Assembly: GCA_944386705.1 (NCBI GenBank)
Contig: CALXCC010000001.1
Location: forward strand, 1-40,580
Length of the DNA stretch: 40,580 bases
Source: an uncultured Clostridia bacterium
Lineage (GTDB): Bacteria; Bacillota; Clostridia; TANB77; CAG-508
Reading direction: 5' to 3'
How positions within the stretch are numbered: position 1 is the stretch's first letter; the number at the start of each line of letters is the position of its first letter. The notes under the pieces are model-generated. The model saw only the letters and a program-made list of their open reading frames with translations, had not been told where the DNA came from and made no database searches. This document shows, one piece after another, positions 11,253-21,768 of the stretch. The translations under genes were made by a program, and so were the position numbers.

Positions 11253-13708
11253 TTAGTTACTATTTCCAGCACCTAAATTTTCGGTAGAGAAATTTTGTCC
11301 ATCTTTTCCCATTTTCAGCTCATTTAATCTTTCTAATGTCATTAAAACTTCTCTTGGTTTACTTCCTTGATAGCCTGAAATTACTCCTCTTTCTTCCATT
11401 TGGTCAATAATTCTACCTGCTCTTGCATATCCTACTTTAAATCTTCTTTGTATAAATGATGTTGATGCTTGTCCTGTTTCTACTACTGTTTGAATTGCAT
11501 CCATTAAAAATGGATCTGTATCATCATCTTGTGAATGTTCTTGTGCTAGTTCTTTATCTGATTTATTTGTATTTTCTATACTTTCTAGTATATCCTCATT
11601 ATATGTTGCTGTTCCATTTGATTTTATAAAGTCTACTATTTTTTCTACTTCGTCATCTGATACAAATGCACCTTGTACTCTCGATGGTTTTGGTGCTCCT
11701 GCTGGGAAAAATAGCATATCTCCTTTTCCTAACAATTTTTCTGCTCCTACGCTATCTAATATTGTTCTTGAGTCTACTTGTGAGGATACCGCAAATGCAA
11801 TTCTAGATGGCACATTTGCTTTAATTAGACCTGTAATTACGTCTACTGATGGTCTTTGAGTTGCAATTACTAAATGCATTCCTGCTGCTCTTGCTTTTTG
11901 TGCTAAACGACAAATTGCATCTTCTACATCATTTTTTGCTACCATCATTAAGTCTGCAAGCTCGTCTATTATTATTACTATTTGTGGTAATTTTCCGTGC
12001 TTCACTTTCTTTTTCTATTGCTTTATTATATCCTTTTAAATCACGTACTCCTTTGCTTGCGAATTTGTTATATCTATCGTCCATTTCTTGTACTGCCCAA
12101 GCAAGTGCTCCTGCTGCTTTTCTTGGGTCTGTTACTACTGGGATTAATAGATGTGGAATTCCATTGTAAACAGATAATTCTACTACTTTTGGGTCTACCA
12201 TAACAAATTTTACTTCTGAAGGCTTAGCATTATATATGATGCTTGTAATTATTGTATTTATACATACACTTTTTCCAGAACCTGTTGAACCTGCTATTAA
12301 TACGTGTGGCATTTTTGCTATATCTGCTAATTGTACATTTCCTGCTACGTCTTTTCCCAATCCTATTGTTAATTTTGATTTATTTGATTTGAATTCCTCG
12401 CTATCTAATACTTCTCTAAAATGTACAACTTCTTTTTCTTTATTTGGTACTTCAATTCCAACTGCTTGTTTTCCTGGAATTGGTGCTTCAATTCTTATTG
12501 TTTCTGCTGCTAAGTTTAAAGCTATGTCGTCTGCTAAATTTGCAATTTTACTAACCCTTACTCCTTCTGCTGGTTTTAATTCATAACGGGTAATTGCTGG
12601 GCCTACTGAAACATTTTCTACTTTAGCAGATACTCCAAAGCTATATAACGTTTTTTGTAATTTTGTTGCTGTATCTGTTAAGGCTTTAGCTCCTCCTTTT
12701 AAGGTCTTTTTAGAAGCCTTACTTAACAACTCAACAGGTGGATATTCATAATGTTCATCTTCAACGACCATACTATGCTCTAATTGTAAAACTGCTTTTT
12801 TCTTTTCTTCTTTTTGTTCTTCTACTTCTTTAAATAAATTACTATCTATTACATCTGGTTCCATTTGTTGTTTTCTCATTTTGCTTTCTTTTGTTAGTGG
12901 CTCTAAATCTTCTCCTGAATGGTCATATCTTTTTAGTCCTGATTTTTCTTCTATTCCATCTACAATTCTTCCACCAAAATTGATTTTTATTTGGTTTTCC
13001 ATAGCACCTTTTTCTTTTTCTGCTCTTTCTAGTTTTGCAAGTTCTGCTTTTACTTTTCTTTCTTCTCTTTCTCTCTTTCTTCTTTGTGCTGGTGTTTCTT
13101 CTTTTTCAATTTCTTTTGCTAATTCTTCTTTTCTTTCAAGTCTTTCTTCTCTTTTTTCTTCTATTTTATCAAGCAAAGTATTTATTATTTCTGATAAGTT
13201 TATTCCAAATGTAAATACTAATAAAATTACTGCAATTCCTATACAAAAAATAACTGCTCCTATATCTCCTAAAAGTTTAGCAAGTGGAACTGCAGCTACT
13301 GCTCCTATTGCTCCTCCTCCTTTATCTTGTGAACCTAAATAATAAGCGTCTTTTACTAATTCTGACAGCTCTTTTTGAGATTGTAATTCTCCTGCTGAAA
13401 TTTGAAATACGCTAAAAACAATTGATAAGCATATTATTGCGACTCCATATTGAACAAGTTTTGAAGTCACCTCTTCTTTCCCATCACAAGCAAGTTTAAT
13501 GGCTATTGCAAAGCTTCCTATTGGAAGAACATACTGCATAATCCCCATTATTCCTCCGCAAAATTTCGTGTAATTTTACTCCCACTACTCCAGATTTTGT
13601 ATATATTAAAACTGCTAAAAGTATACTAAGTACAATTAGTGTTATTATTGCTATATCTATTTTTGATGTTGTTTTTTTTCTTTTTTTGTATCTTCTTTTT
13701 TTAGCCAT
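11253..13708 (-). CDS. ftsK: DNA translocase FtsK/SpoIIIE; needs two +1 shifts at in-frame CGG-A (13556-13558 and 11995-11997)
   Basis: Three ORF-track pieces. The N-terminal membrane part joins as ..KLHEIL|[16 protein letters not shown]. The motor part has Walker [16 protein letters not shown]. The second junction reads ..AIEKESEA|[18 protein letters not shown] (Walker B), followed by [12 protein letters not shown] and the gamma w[25 protein letters not shown]. Length from the 13732 ORF start is 2480 = 3n+2. The start is placed at MAKKRR (13706-13708), which has an AGGA upstream. Confidence 0.85.
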
Positions 13709-13775
13709 TTCTTTCGTCCTTTCTAGTTGCATCCAATGCTTTGCTCTAAAATTTAACTTGAAACATCAGCCATTT

Positions 13776-13831
13776 CTTAAAAAGTCAGATTTCAAAAGTC
13801 TTTGTTTTTTTGACTTCTGGCATCTGACTTT
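13776..13831 (-). terminator. Putative intrinsic terminator upstream of ftsK (after the 167-aa gene)
   Basis: AAAGTCAGAT (13781-13790) pairs with ATCTGACTTT (13822-13831), with an inner imperfect helix. On the minus strand the stem runs into UUUUUAAG. Confidence 0.45.
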
Positions 13832-13838
13832 CGAGTTC

Positions 13839-14342
13839 TTATTTTAATTCTTTTCTACTATTTTGAATTGTCTTTATTGTATCTTCTAAAGATATTTGCA
13901 TTAAATTTAAAGCTTCTGTCATATTTGTTCCTAATTTATTTAGTGTTTCGTTTAATACGTCTTCAGTATTAGCAAGTAAACTATCTGCATATTCTTTAGT
14001 TCCTTTTGAAATTTCTCTTGACATTTCGTTTGCTGTTTCTATAATTTCTGTTTTTTGATCATATGCTTTTCTTGTAATTTCGTGTTCGTCTATCATTGCT
14101 ATAATTCTATTTTCTGCTTCTTTTACGATTCCGTCAGCTTCTTTTTGAGCTTCAATTAATATACGTTGTCTTTCTTCTTTTACCCATTTAGCTTGTTTTA
14201 ATTCATCTGGAAGTTTTAATCTAATTTCTTTTATTAAATCTAACATTTCTTCTTTATCCACTACACTTTTTGAAGAAAATGGTAAATTCCTGCTACTTTC
14301 TAGTAAATCCTCTAACGTTTCTAATAATGTAAATATTTCCAT
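13839..14342 (-). CDS. Hypothetical 167-aa coiled-coil protein
   Basis: An ORF with an SD (AAAGGGG) and a charged helical sequence (KWVKEERQRILIEAQKEADGIVKEAENRI), co-oriented just downstream of rsmD. No function is assigned from the sequence. Confidence 0.55.
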   Translation of the reverse strand: MEIFTLLETLEDLLESSRNLPFSSKSVVDKEEMLDLIKEIRLKLPDELKQAKWVKEERQRILIEAQKEADGIVKEAENRIIAMIDEHEITRKAYDQKTEIIETANEMSREISKGTKEYADSLLANTEDVLNETLNKLGTNMTEALNLMQISLEDTIKTIQNSRKELK

Positions 14343-14365
14343 GGTTTTACCCCTTTCTAATTGTC

Positions 14366-14917
14366 TTATTTCAGTTTCAAAAAAATAAGGTGCACTCTGC
14401 CATATTTTCTTTTATCTATAATTTCTATTTCCAAATTTTCTATTTGTTTTAAAATTCTTTTTTCCTCGTCTGTTTCTATGATTATTAAGGTTTCTTTGTT
14501 TATTATTTCACTATTAACTAATATTTTAATAGCTTCATTGGCAAAATCTGTTTTATATGGTGGATCTATATAAATTATATCTATTTTATCCTTTACTTTT
14601 TCTTTCAAAGTTTTTTTAAAATCTGATTGGTATAGTTCTACTTGTTTTTCACTATGCGTTTTTTCTATATTTTTTTTAATTATCGTTATTGCATCTTTAT
14701 TATAATCGCATAGTATTGACTTTTTTGCTCCTCTACTTACTGCTTCCAATCCGATTGCTCCACTTCCAGCAAACAAATCTAAAAATACTGCATTTGGTAT
14801 TTCTGCTTGTATTATATTAAACAGAGATTCTTTCACTCTATCTAATGTTGGTCTCGTGTTTTCTCCCTCTAGTGTATATAATTTTGTTCCTCTTGCTTTT
14901 CCACCTATTATTCTCAT
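14366..14917 (-). CDS. rsmD: 16S rRNA (guanine966-N2)-methyltransferase
   Basis: The 183-aa ORF carries RPTLDRVKESLFNII, DLFAGSGAIGLEA and YIDPPY motifs. Confidence 0.85.
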   Translation of the reverse strand: MRIIGGKARGTKLYTLEGENTRPTLDRVKESLFNIIQAEIPNAVFLDLFAGSGAIGLEAVSRGAKKSILCDYNKDAITIIKKNIEKTHSEKQVELYQSDFKKTLKEKVKDKIDIIYIDPPYKTDFANEAIKILVNSEIINKETLIIIETDEEKRILKQIENLEIEIIDKRKYGRVHLIFLKLK

Positions 14918-14944
14918 ATTTTAAACCTTTCTTATGATAGTAAC

Positions 14945-14973
14945 ATTTTATTCTTTTTTTTATTAATGGTCAA
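14945..14973 (-). promoter_or_regulatory. Predicted sigma-A promoter of rsmD
   Basis: On the minus strand: TTGACC (14968-14973), 17-nt spacer, TAAAAT (14945-14950), about 30 nt upstream of the rsmD ATG. Confidence 0.4.
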
Positions 14974-15223
14974 TAGTATTAATAGAAATGTAACATATAT
15001 TTAACAGTTCTGTAATATTATTGAGCTTTTGTAATATTTTTCTATTTTTTTATTTATTTATAGACAAGACAAATCTAGTTTCGCGGAAACTTTTTTCCTA
15101 TTCAAGAACAAATCGGAAAGCCTTATTACTTATGCAAATTTTATTTTCCTCCTTGACTTTCTGTAAATTTGTGTACATTGTTTTTTTATCTATTAGGAAA
15201 GTCAGCATAACTTTTCTAATAGA

Positions 15224-15251
15224 TAAAAAAACTATCTATTTTAATAGATAG
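15224..15251 (-). terminator. Intrinsic terminator after divIVA
   Basis: The palindrome CTATCTATTTTAATAGATAG (15232-15251) is followed on the minus strand by a run of seven or eight U (15224-15231). It starts 19 nt after the divIVA stop. A second hairpin lies at 15189-15224. Confidence 0.7.
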
Positions 15252-15269
15252 CCTTCTTTTGTATATTAT

Positions 15270-15725
15270 TTAAATATCTTCCTTGTTTATGTCTTTTATT
15301 AATTCTAATTGAGATATTAACAAAGATTCCATTTTTGCTTTATATATATCAAATTGTTTTTTTACATCTTCTAGCTCTTTTTTCTTTGCAATGATTTCAG
15401 ATTCTAATTCTTGTACACGTTGTTGTGCTGTTCCTTTTGCTTCATTTATTATTTGGTCTGCTTTTTGTTTTGCTACATTTTTTACATCTTCTGCTGTTGT
15501 TTGTGCCATTACTAGTGTGTTTTGCAAAGTTGCTTCTATTGATTTGTAATGTTCTAAACTTTTTGATAGTTCTTCAACCTTTGCTCTTAATTCCGTTGAT
15601 TCTTTATAGTTTTTTGTATAATCAACTGTTAAATCGTCAAGAAAGTCATCGACTTCTTCCACACTATATCCATTCATCATCTGCTTTGAGAATTTTTTAT
15701 TTTCTATATCTAATGGTGTTATCAT
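15270..15725 (-). CDS. divIVA: Cell-division protein DivIVA
   Basis: N-terminus MITPLDIENKKFSKQMMNGYSVEEVDDFLD followed by coiled coil. The gene sits directly downstream of sepF. Confidence 0.9.
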   Translation of the reverse strand: MITPLDIENKKFSKQMMNGYSVEEVDDFLDDLTVDYTKNYKESTELRAKVEELSKSLEHYKSIEATLQNTLVMAQTTAEDVKNVAKQKADQIINEAKGTAQQRVQELESEIIAKKKELEDVKKQFDIYKAKMESLLISQLELIKDINKEDI

Positions 15726-15749
15726 TATTTTCCCCCTTATGGATATAAT

Positions 15750-16232
15750 TTAGTTTATCCCGTTATTTTTAAGCCATGAAACAGAAAGTTTACTTTTCAT
15801 TTCTTCTCTTGCCATTTCATTTGTGATTTCATAATTAGATGGTGCTACTAAAAAGATTGAATTTGATACTTTTTGAATATAACCATCTAAAGCGTATACT
15901 CCACCACTAATAAAATCTACAATTCTTCTTGCAACATCTTTATTAACATATTCTAAGTTAACAATCACAGATTTTTTTTCTTTTAAAAATGAACAGATTT
16001 CATCTGATTGTTCAAATGTTGTTGGTTGTGATATTACCATTTTAATAGCATTTGCTTGTGTTTGTGTTTGTGGCATAGATACTACTTTATTTTTTCTACC
16101 AAATAATTTTTTGTCTTCTATTTCTTCCTCTTCATCTTCATAATCATATATGTTTTCATCTTCATATTCTTCAGGTTCTGCTGAATCCATTCCAAATAAA
16201 TCCCATACTTTGTTCATTAAAGCTCCTGACAT
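15750..16232 (-). CDS. sepF: Cell-division protein SepF
   Basis: An acidic linker is followed by the conserved C-terminal domain: VISQPTTFEQSDEICSFLKEKKSVIVNLEYV..ARRIVDFISGGVYALDG. A GGAGG SD precedes the ATG. Confidence 0.85.
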   Translation of the reverse strand: MSGALMNKVWDLFGMDSAEPEEYEDENIYDYEDEEEEIEDKKLFGRKNKVVSMPQTQTQANAIKMVISQPTTFEQSDEICSFLKEKKSVIVNLEYVNKDVARRIVDFISGGVYALDGYIQKVSNSIFLVAPSNYEITNEMAREEMKSKLSVSWLKNNGIN

Positions 16233-16280
16233 AAAAAAACCTCCTAAATTCCTTCCTTTGTTTTATGTTTTACAGTACCT

Positions 16281-16309
16281 AGTATCTACTTTTTTTGTCA
16301 TATTGTCAA
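16281..16309 (-). promoter_or_regulatory. Predicted sigma-A promoter of sepF-divIVA
   Basis: On the minus strand: TTGACA (16304-16309), 17-nt spacer, GATACT (16281-16286). Confidence 0.4.
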
Positions 16310-16362
16310 TATTTTTTTATAATGTTATTAAATTTTAATATTTTTGTAATACTATTGTAATA

Positions 16363-17731
16363 TTATTCTACTTTTTCTAAATTTGGATTTATTACTATTT
16401 CATCGTAAATTGCTATTTTTCTATATAATGCTATTTCTTGGTCTGAATATCCTAATTCTCTCAATTCTTCATTTGTATAAGCTTCAACAATTGAATATTT
16501 TTCTCCTTGTTTTTTTACTTTTACTAAAATTTTACTTAAATATCCAGCTCTGTTTCTTACTACGTAATTCAAATCTCCGTCTTTTACAATTGCTTGATTT
16601 GGTACTTTTAATCCCGTAGCATCCCACCAAATTAGATCAAATGTTATTTTCCTGTAATTTATAAGTTCCTCTATTTCTTTGTTTAATTTTAGTATAAGTA
16701 CAATGTCTTCTTCTTTTATTATATTTGTAATTTCTGCTTCAACTTCAGTGTTATTAGACAACCTTATGCTTACATCATCTCCTACTTGTGCTTGTTTTGC
16801 TTCTTCTGAAGAAGTTATTGTTGCAATGTAACAGCAAAAATTATCAATTACTTTTCCACATTCTTCATTTGTTGCTACTATTTTTCCTGTTTTTAAGTCT
16901 AAGTTTTCTAAATATTCTTTACTAAGACTACTGAAATTATCTGGTGTTAGTGTTTCTTCTAATCCATCTACTCTATACGAAACTATTCCACTCATTGGTG
17001 CTTTTACATATTCTGCTCCCGAGTTTAGTTCACTTTCATAGTTTTTTCTTTCTTCTATTAATTGTCTCAAATAAGAACCTTGTGGACTTGATTCTCCTGC
17101 TATTTTAGCTTTTTTGGCAATTAAATTATTTATTTCTTTTTTGTATTCTTCTAGTTTTGTTGCATCTGTTTGTTTGCTTATATTTTCTATTTTTTCATCT
17201 ATTTGATTTTCTAACGATTTAATATCTGAAGGAAATAGATTTGTATTTTGTGCCATAGCTTCTTGGATTTTTGTATCTAATTGTGCTATTTTTTGCTTTA
17301 ATGACTCTTCGTTTGTACTATAATAACGAAATATATTTTCATTTACTGATGCTCTTTCTCCTTCACTTATAATCTGTTCCATTCCATTTTTATAATTTTG
17401 TCCTTTTACCACTTTTTCGTTTCTTATTACATATCCGTATATTTGTTTCTTCTTGATATAATTTTCCTTCTTCTACTGTAAATATATCTGTTGGTTGCTT
17501 TACTAAAAGATATATTGTGTAACAAACATAAATAAAAACTGCTAAAATTAGTAAATATACTCCTATTTTTTTCTTATCAAATTTATGTTTTAAATTTATA
17601 CTTTCTTTTAATTGCTCCTCATTGCTATTTACTATATCTTTTTCTAACTGTTTTTTTGTTATTTTATTTGTTTCTTTTTTCTTAGCAGTTTTCTTTGTTG
17701 CATTTTTTCTTGTTTTTTCTTCTTTTTTCAA
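16363..17731 (-). CDS. HlyD/membrane-fusion-like protein with an N-terminal TM anchor; restored by a +1 shift at in-frame CGG-A (17435-17437)
   Basis: Pieces 17390-17731 and 16363-17412. The junction AAT ATA CGG ATA TGT becomes ..LYQEETNI|GYVIRNEKVVKGQNYKNG. Length 1369 = 3n+1. The TTG start at 17729-17731 has a GGAGGG SD and overlaps the miaA TGA stop. Family assignment is tentative (coiled coil plus beta-barrel pattern). Confidence 0.6.
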
Positions 17732-18678
17732 TTTAAACCCTCCAAAATAATTTGTATATTATTTTGTAATTCGTTTTCTGCATCTAACCATATTGTTTGT
17801 TTGTTTTTTCTAAACCAAGTTAATTGTCTTTTTGCATATCTTCTTGTTTCTTGTTTTATTTTTTCTATCATATCTTCTTTATTTATTTTTCCTTCTAAGT
17901 ATTCTACAACTTCTTTATATCCAAGACCTTGCATTGCTGTTGGGAACTTTTCATATTTATTATAAATATTTTTCACTTCTTCAATTAAACCTTGGTCTAT
18001 CATAATGTCTACTCTTCTATTTATTCTATCATATAACTTTTCTCTATCCCAATTTAAAGCATACACTTTATAGTCATACTCTACTTCTTTTTTTCTAGAT
18101 TCTTTTTCTTGCTGAGTTTTATTTTTGCCTGTTGCATGATAAATTTCTAAAACTCTTAATATTCTTTTTTTATCATTTTGACTTATCTTTTTTATTGCTT
18201 CTTCATCTATTTCTTTTGCCCTTAAATATAATTCTTGTAATCCCTTTTCTTCTACTTCTTTTTCTAATTTTTCTCTATATTTTTCATCAAATTCTATATT
18301 TGGATACTCAATTTCATAAATTAAACTATCAACATATAAACCTGTACCACCTACTATAATAGGCACTTTACCTTTTTGCAATATTTCTTTAATTGCTTTT
18401 TTTGCATCTTTTTTATAATCTGCTACACTATATCTTTGGTCTGGAGAGACAAAGTCCAATAGATAATGTTTTATGCCCTCTTTTTCTTCTTCTGTAGGTT
18501 TTGCTGTTCCTATATTCATATCTTTATAGATTTGCATAGAATCACAAGAAACAATCTCTCCATTTATTTTTTTAGCTAATTCTATTGATAGTGCTGTTTT
18601 TCCAGATGCTGTTGGCCCACAGATTACGATAATTTGGGGACGTTTCTTTTTGGACATTTTGTCCAATTGGGGACACAT
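17728..18678 (-). CDS. miaA: tRNA dimethylallyltransferase
   Basis: Motifs are the P-loop ICGPTASGKTALSIELAK, SCDSMQIYKDMNIGTAKP and VGGTGLYV. The ATG at 18676-18678 has GGAAGGTGG upstream. An alternative start at MSKKKRPQ (18657) is possible. Confidence 0.9.
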   Translation of the reverse strand: MCPQLDKMSKKKRPQIIVICGPTASGKTALSIELAKKINGEIVSCDSMQIYKDMNIGTAKPTEEEKEGIKHYLLDFVSPDQRYSVADYKKDAKKAIKEILQKGKVPIIVGGTGLYVDSLIYEIEYPNIEFDEKYREKLEKEVEEKGLQELYLRAKEIDEEAIKKISQNDKKRILRVLEIYHATGKNKTQQEKESRKKEVEYDYKVYALNWDREKLYDRINRRVDIMIDQGLIEEVKNIYNKYEKFPTAMQGLGYKEVVEYLEGKINKEDMIEKIKQETRRYAKRQLTWFRKNKQTIWLDAENELQNNIQIILEGLN

Positions 18679-18757
18679 CTTATTTCCACCTTCCTCTTTT
18701 ATATTTATTATAATATTTCTTATACTTGTTTTTTCTTTATTTTCAAATACTTTTATT

Positions 18758-19189
18758 TTATTTTTTTATAGCTTGATATATTTCTAAAATTCCTTCTTGT
18801 GTATTTTTCATATAATTACATTCAAATACCATACATATTATAAATATAATTATTAGTATTACTATTTTTCTGATAAGTTCATTTTTTTCTATATCTCCAC
18901 TACCAACTTTTTCTAAGGTTCTTGCAATAAAAGGAAGTACAATCATTGCATTCAATCCTGTAAAAACTAGTACTAAGATGTTTTTTATTTCTTTTGCTAT
19001 AGCTTCTTTTTCAAATTCTATTCCACTTTGAGCAAAAGAATTTATTATTAAAGTTATAAGATAACTTATAAATATCCCTATTATTATAAATAAAACTTTT
19101 TTTGGTTTTACCATTTCTCCTAAGACTTTCCAAGTCCATATTATCATTACTAGATAAATTATTATTGTTATTAATATAATAAAAGTCAT
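18758..19189 (-). CDS. Hypothetical membrane protein (4 predicted TM segments)
   Basis: A 143-aa hydrophobic ORF between mutL and miaA with no recognisable motif. Confidence 0.5.
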   Translation of the reverse strand: MTFIILITIIIYLVMIIWTWKVLGEMVKPKKVLFIIIGIFISYLITLIINSFAQSGIEFEKEAIAKEIKNILVLVFTGLNAMIVLPFIARTLEKVGSGDIEKNELIRKIVILIIIFIICMVFECNYMKNTQEGILEIYQAIKK

Positions 19190-19203
19190 TTGTTACCACC
19201 TAA

Positions 19204-21615
19204 TTATTTTCTTGCAAATTTTCTTTCTATGTCATATTTTGTCATTTTTATTGCTGTTGGTCTGCCATGTGGACAAGTAAATGGATTTGGTAATTGTAAT
19301 AACTTGTCCATTAATGTTTCGACTTCTTCTTTTGTTAACGCCATATTAGCTTTTATTGCTGCTTTACATGCAACTGTTGCAATAAATTTTTCTTCTTTTT
19401 CTTGTTTTGCTGTTCTTGCTACAGTGTTTATTTCGTCTAATGTTTCTAAAAATAACTCTTTTGTATCTAAATCGATACATACTGTTGGCACTCCTGTTAG
19501 TTTTATTGTGTTTTCTCCAAATTCTTCTAGACTAAATCCTGCCTGTTCAAACATCTTCATATTTTCTTTTGCTATGTCCATTTCTTTATGTGTTAGTGTT
19601 ATAACATCTGGTAATAATAGCATTTGTGAGTCTTTTGCTGTATCACTGTAATAATTTTTCTTTACTTTTTCATACATAATTCTTTCGTGTGCTGCATGTT
19701 GATCTAATATGTACATTTCTTTGTCAATTTCTAATATGATATATGTTTTAAATATAATTCCTATAAATTTGTATGTTGGTTTTTTAAATTGTTCTTCTGT
19801 TTCAAACATTGAAATATTATCTTTTACTATGTCAACTGCACTTAGTTTTTCTTTTTCTATCTCTTCTTTTTGTTCTTCTTCTATTGGTTTTCTTCCAAAT
19901 AATTTTGTATACATCTCATTAAAGTCTTCTGATACTACTCTAGTATTATCGTCTAGTTTTTCCATCTTTTCTTTTATTTGATTGAATTCTTCTTTTATTT
20001 CCTTATTGTCTATTTGTTCTATTGTTTCGCTTATTTTTTCTATTTTTTGTGTTTCTTCTGTATTTAATTTTGTTTCTTCTTTGTTTTCTATTTTTTCTTC
20101 CGAGCTGTCTTTGTTTTCTTCTATTTCTTTGTTATTTGAATTTTCGCTTTCTATTTTATTTTCACTATTTTTCTCTGTTTCTTTTTCATATTTTGCACTT
20201 ACATCACTTAAGGTATTTGGTTTATTATTTTTTTCTTGTAGTTCTGATTCTAACTTTTCTTTCATTTCCCTCAATTTGGCTAGTACATCAGAAGTATCTA
20301 TTGGATTTCCTACATAGTTTATTTCGTTTGTAGGTTCATTTTCTTTTTTTGCTTCTAGGCTTGATTCTATTGTTGCATTTTCAACAGTATTTCTATTTTT
20401 GTATATATCTTCTATTGCATTTGTCTTTATTTTACTTTCTTCTTCAGTATATTTCTCAATTTGTTTTTCGTTTTGTTTTCTAAAAGAGAATAATCCTCCA
20501 CTTTGATTTTCTTTTTTAGATTCTCTTAAATTTTTTAATCTTTCTTCAAAACTTAAAGCATTCCTTGTGTTAATGTTTTCTTCTTTACCTGATTTTTCTG
20601 CGTTTGCTACTAATTCTTCTTTTAGCAAAGTATCTTTTATTGCATGGTAGACAGATTGAAATACTTTATTTTCTTCTTGAAATCTAACTTCTAATTTTGC
20701 AGGGTGAACATTTACGTCTACTTTTGCTGGATTCATTTCTAGATTTAATACAACAAATCCAAATTTTCCTATTGGTATTAATCCTTTATAGCTTTGCTCT
20801 GTTGCTGCTGTTAATGTTTTGTCTTTTATATATCTTTTATTTACAAAAAATAGTTGATTTGATCGATTTGATCTAGCAATTTCTGGTTTTCCAATTACTC
20901 CTGTAATTTTTATGTCTTCATATTTATATGTTACTTCCATTATTCCATTTGCCACATCTTTTCCATATATACTATAAATTACGCTTTTCATATCTCCGTT
21001 TCCATTTGTTTGAATTACTGTTTTTCCAGTATTAATTAATTTTATAGCAATATTTGGATTTACTAAAGCTATTCTTGTTATAACATCTTCTATATATCCT
21101 GATTCTGTATAATCTTTTTTTAGGAATTTATATCTAACTGGTGTATTGAAGAATAAGTTTCTTACTGTTATTGTAGTTCCTGTTCTGCAACCTGTTTCTT
21201 CTTTTTCTAGAACCTCCCCTCCTTCTACTACAACTTTATATCCGATTTCTTGATTTGCTGTTTTTGATACTAATTCAACATTTGCAATTGCTGCAATACT
21301 TGCTAAAGCTTCTCCTCGAAATCCCATTGATGTTACTGTATCTAAGTCGTCTGCTGATCTAATTTTACTAGTTGCATGCCTTTCAAAGGCAATTTCTAAA
21401 TCGTCTTGAGCAATACCTTTTCCATTATCTGTTACTTTTATATATGAAATTCCTCCATTTTTTATTTCAACTATTATGTTTGTTGCCCCTGCATCTATAG
21501 AGTTTTCTACCATTTCCTTTATTACAGACGCTGGTCTTTCTATTACTTCTCCAGCAGCTATTTTATTTATAGTTAGGTCGTCTAATAATACTATGTTTCC
21601 CATATTTTCCTCCAT
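19204..21615 (-). CDS. mutL: DNA mismatch repair endonuclease MutL (803 aa, with an unusually long low-complexity linker)
   Basis: The N-terminal GHKL ATPase has NKIAAGEVIERPASVIKEMVENSIDAGA and GFRGEALASI. The C-terminal endonuclease has DQHAAHERIMYE and CPHGRP. Between them lies roughly 250 aa of E/K/N-rich sequence. Confidence 0.92.
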   Translation of the reverse strand: MEENMGNIVLLDDLTINKIAAGEVIERPASVIKEMVENSIDAGATNIIVEIKNGGISYIKVTDNGKGIAQDDLEIAFERHATSKIRSADDLDTVTSMGFRGEALASIAAIANVELVSKTANQEIGYKVVVEGGEVLEKEETGCRTGTTITVRNLFFNTPVRYKFLKKDYTESGYIEDVITRIALVNPNIAIKLINTGKTVIQTNGNGDMKSVIYSIYGKDVANGIMEVTYKYEDIKITGVIGKPEIARSNRSNQLFFVNKRYIKDKTLTAATEQSYKGLIPIGKFGFVVLNLEMNPAKVDVNVHPAKLEVRFQEENKVFQSVYHAIKDTLLKEELVANAEKSGKEENINTRNALSFEERLKNLRESKKENQSGGLFSFRKQNEKQIEKYTEEESKIKTNAIEDIYKNRNTVENATIESSLEAKKENEPTNEINYVGNPIDTSDVLAKLREMKEKLESELQEKNNKPNTLSDVSAKYEKETEKNSENKIESENSNNKEIEENKDSSEEKIENKEETKLNTEETQKIEKISETIEQIDNKEIKEEFNQIKEKMEKLDDNTRVVSEDFNEMYTKLFGRKPIEEEQKEEIEKEKLSAVDIVKDNISMFETEEQFKKPTYKFIGIIFKTYIILEIDKEMYILDQHAAHERIMYEKVKKNYYSDTAKDSQMLLLPDVITLTHKEMDIAKENMKMFEQAGFSLEEFGENTIKLTGVPTVCIDLDTKELFLETLDEINTVARTAKQEKEEKFIATVACKAAIKANMALTKEEVETLMDKLLQLPNPFTCPHGRPTAIKMTKYDIERKFARK

Positions 21616-21768
21616 TTTATTTATCCTTATGTTTATTTGGATTTTATTATATCATTTCTTTTTGTTTTTTGTATAGTTTTTTTTAATATTTTTTGGAGGT
21701 TTTTTAAGTTTGTCCATTCAAGTCTAACACCATAAAGGCATACACATTTCTTATTATTTAATATTAAT

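Noticed and set aside
14918-15223. Riboswitch, T-box or small RNA in the 350-nt divIVA-rsmD spacer
   Set aside because: I could find only a terminator pair and a plausible promoter. No specifier or T-box motif or conserved riboswitch core was recognisable by eye, and an isolated AAGGAGG at about 15161-15167 is not followed by a credible ORF.
19011-19199. The 62-aa minus-strand ORF overlapping the 143-aa membrane protein gene
   Set aside because: It is an alternative frame of the same region with an N-rich low-complexity product and no SD. The 143-aa hydrophobic frame is the coherent one.
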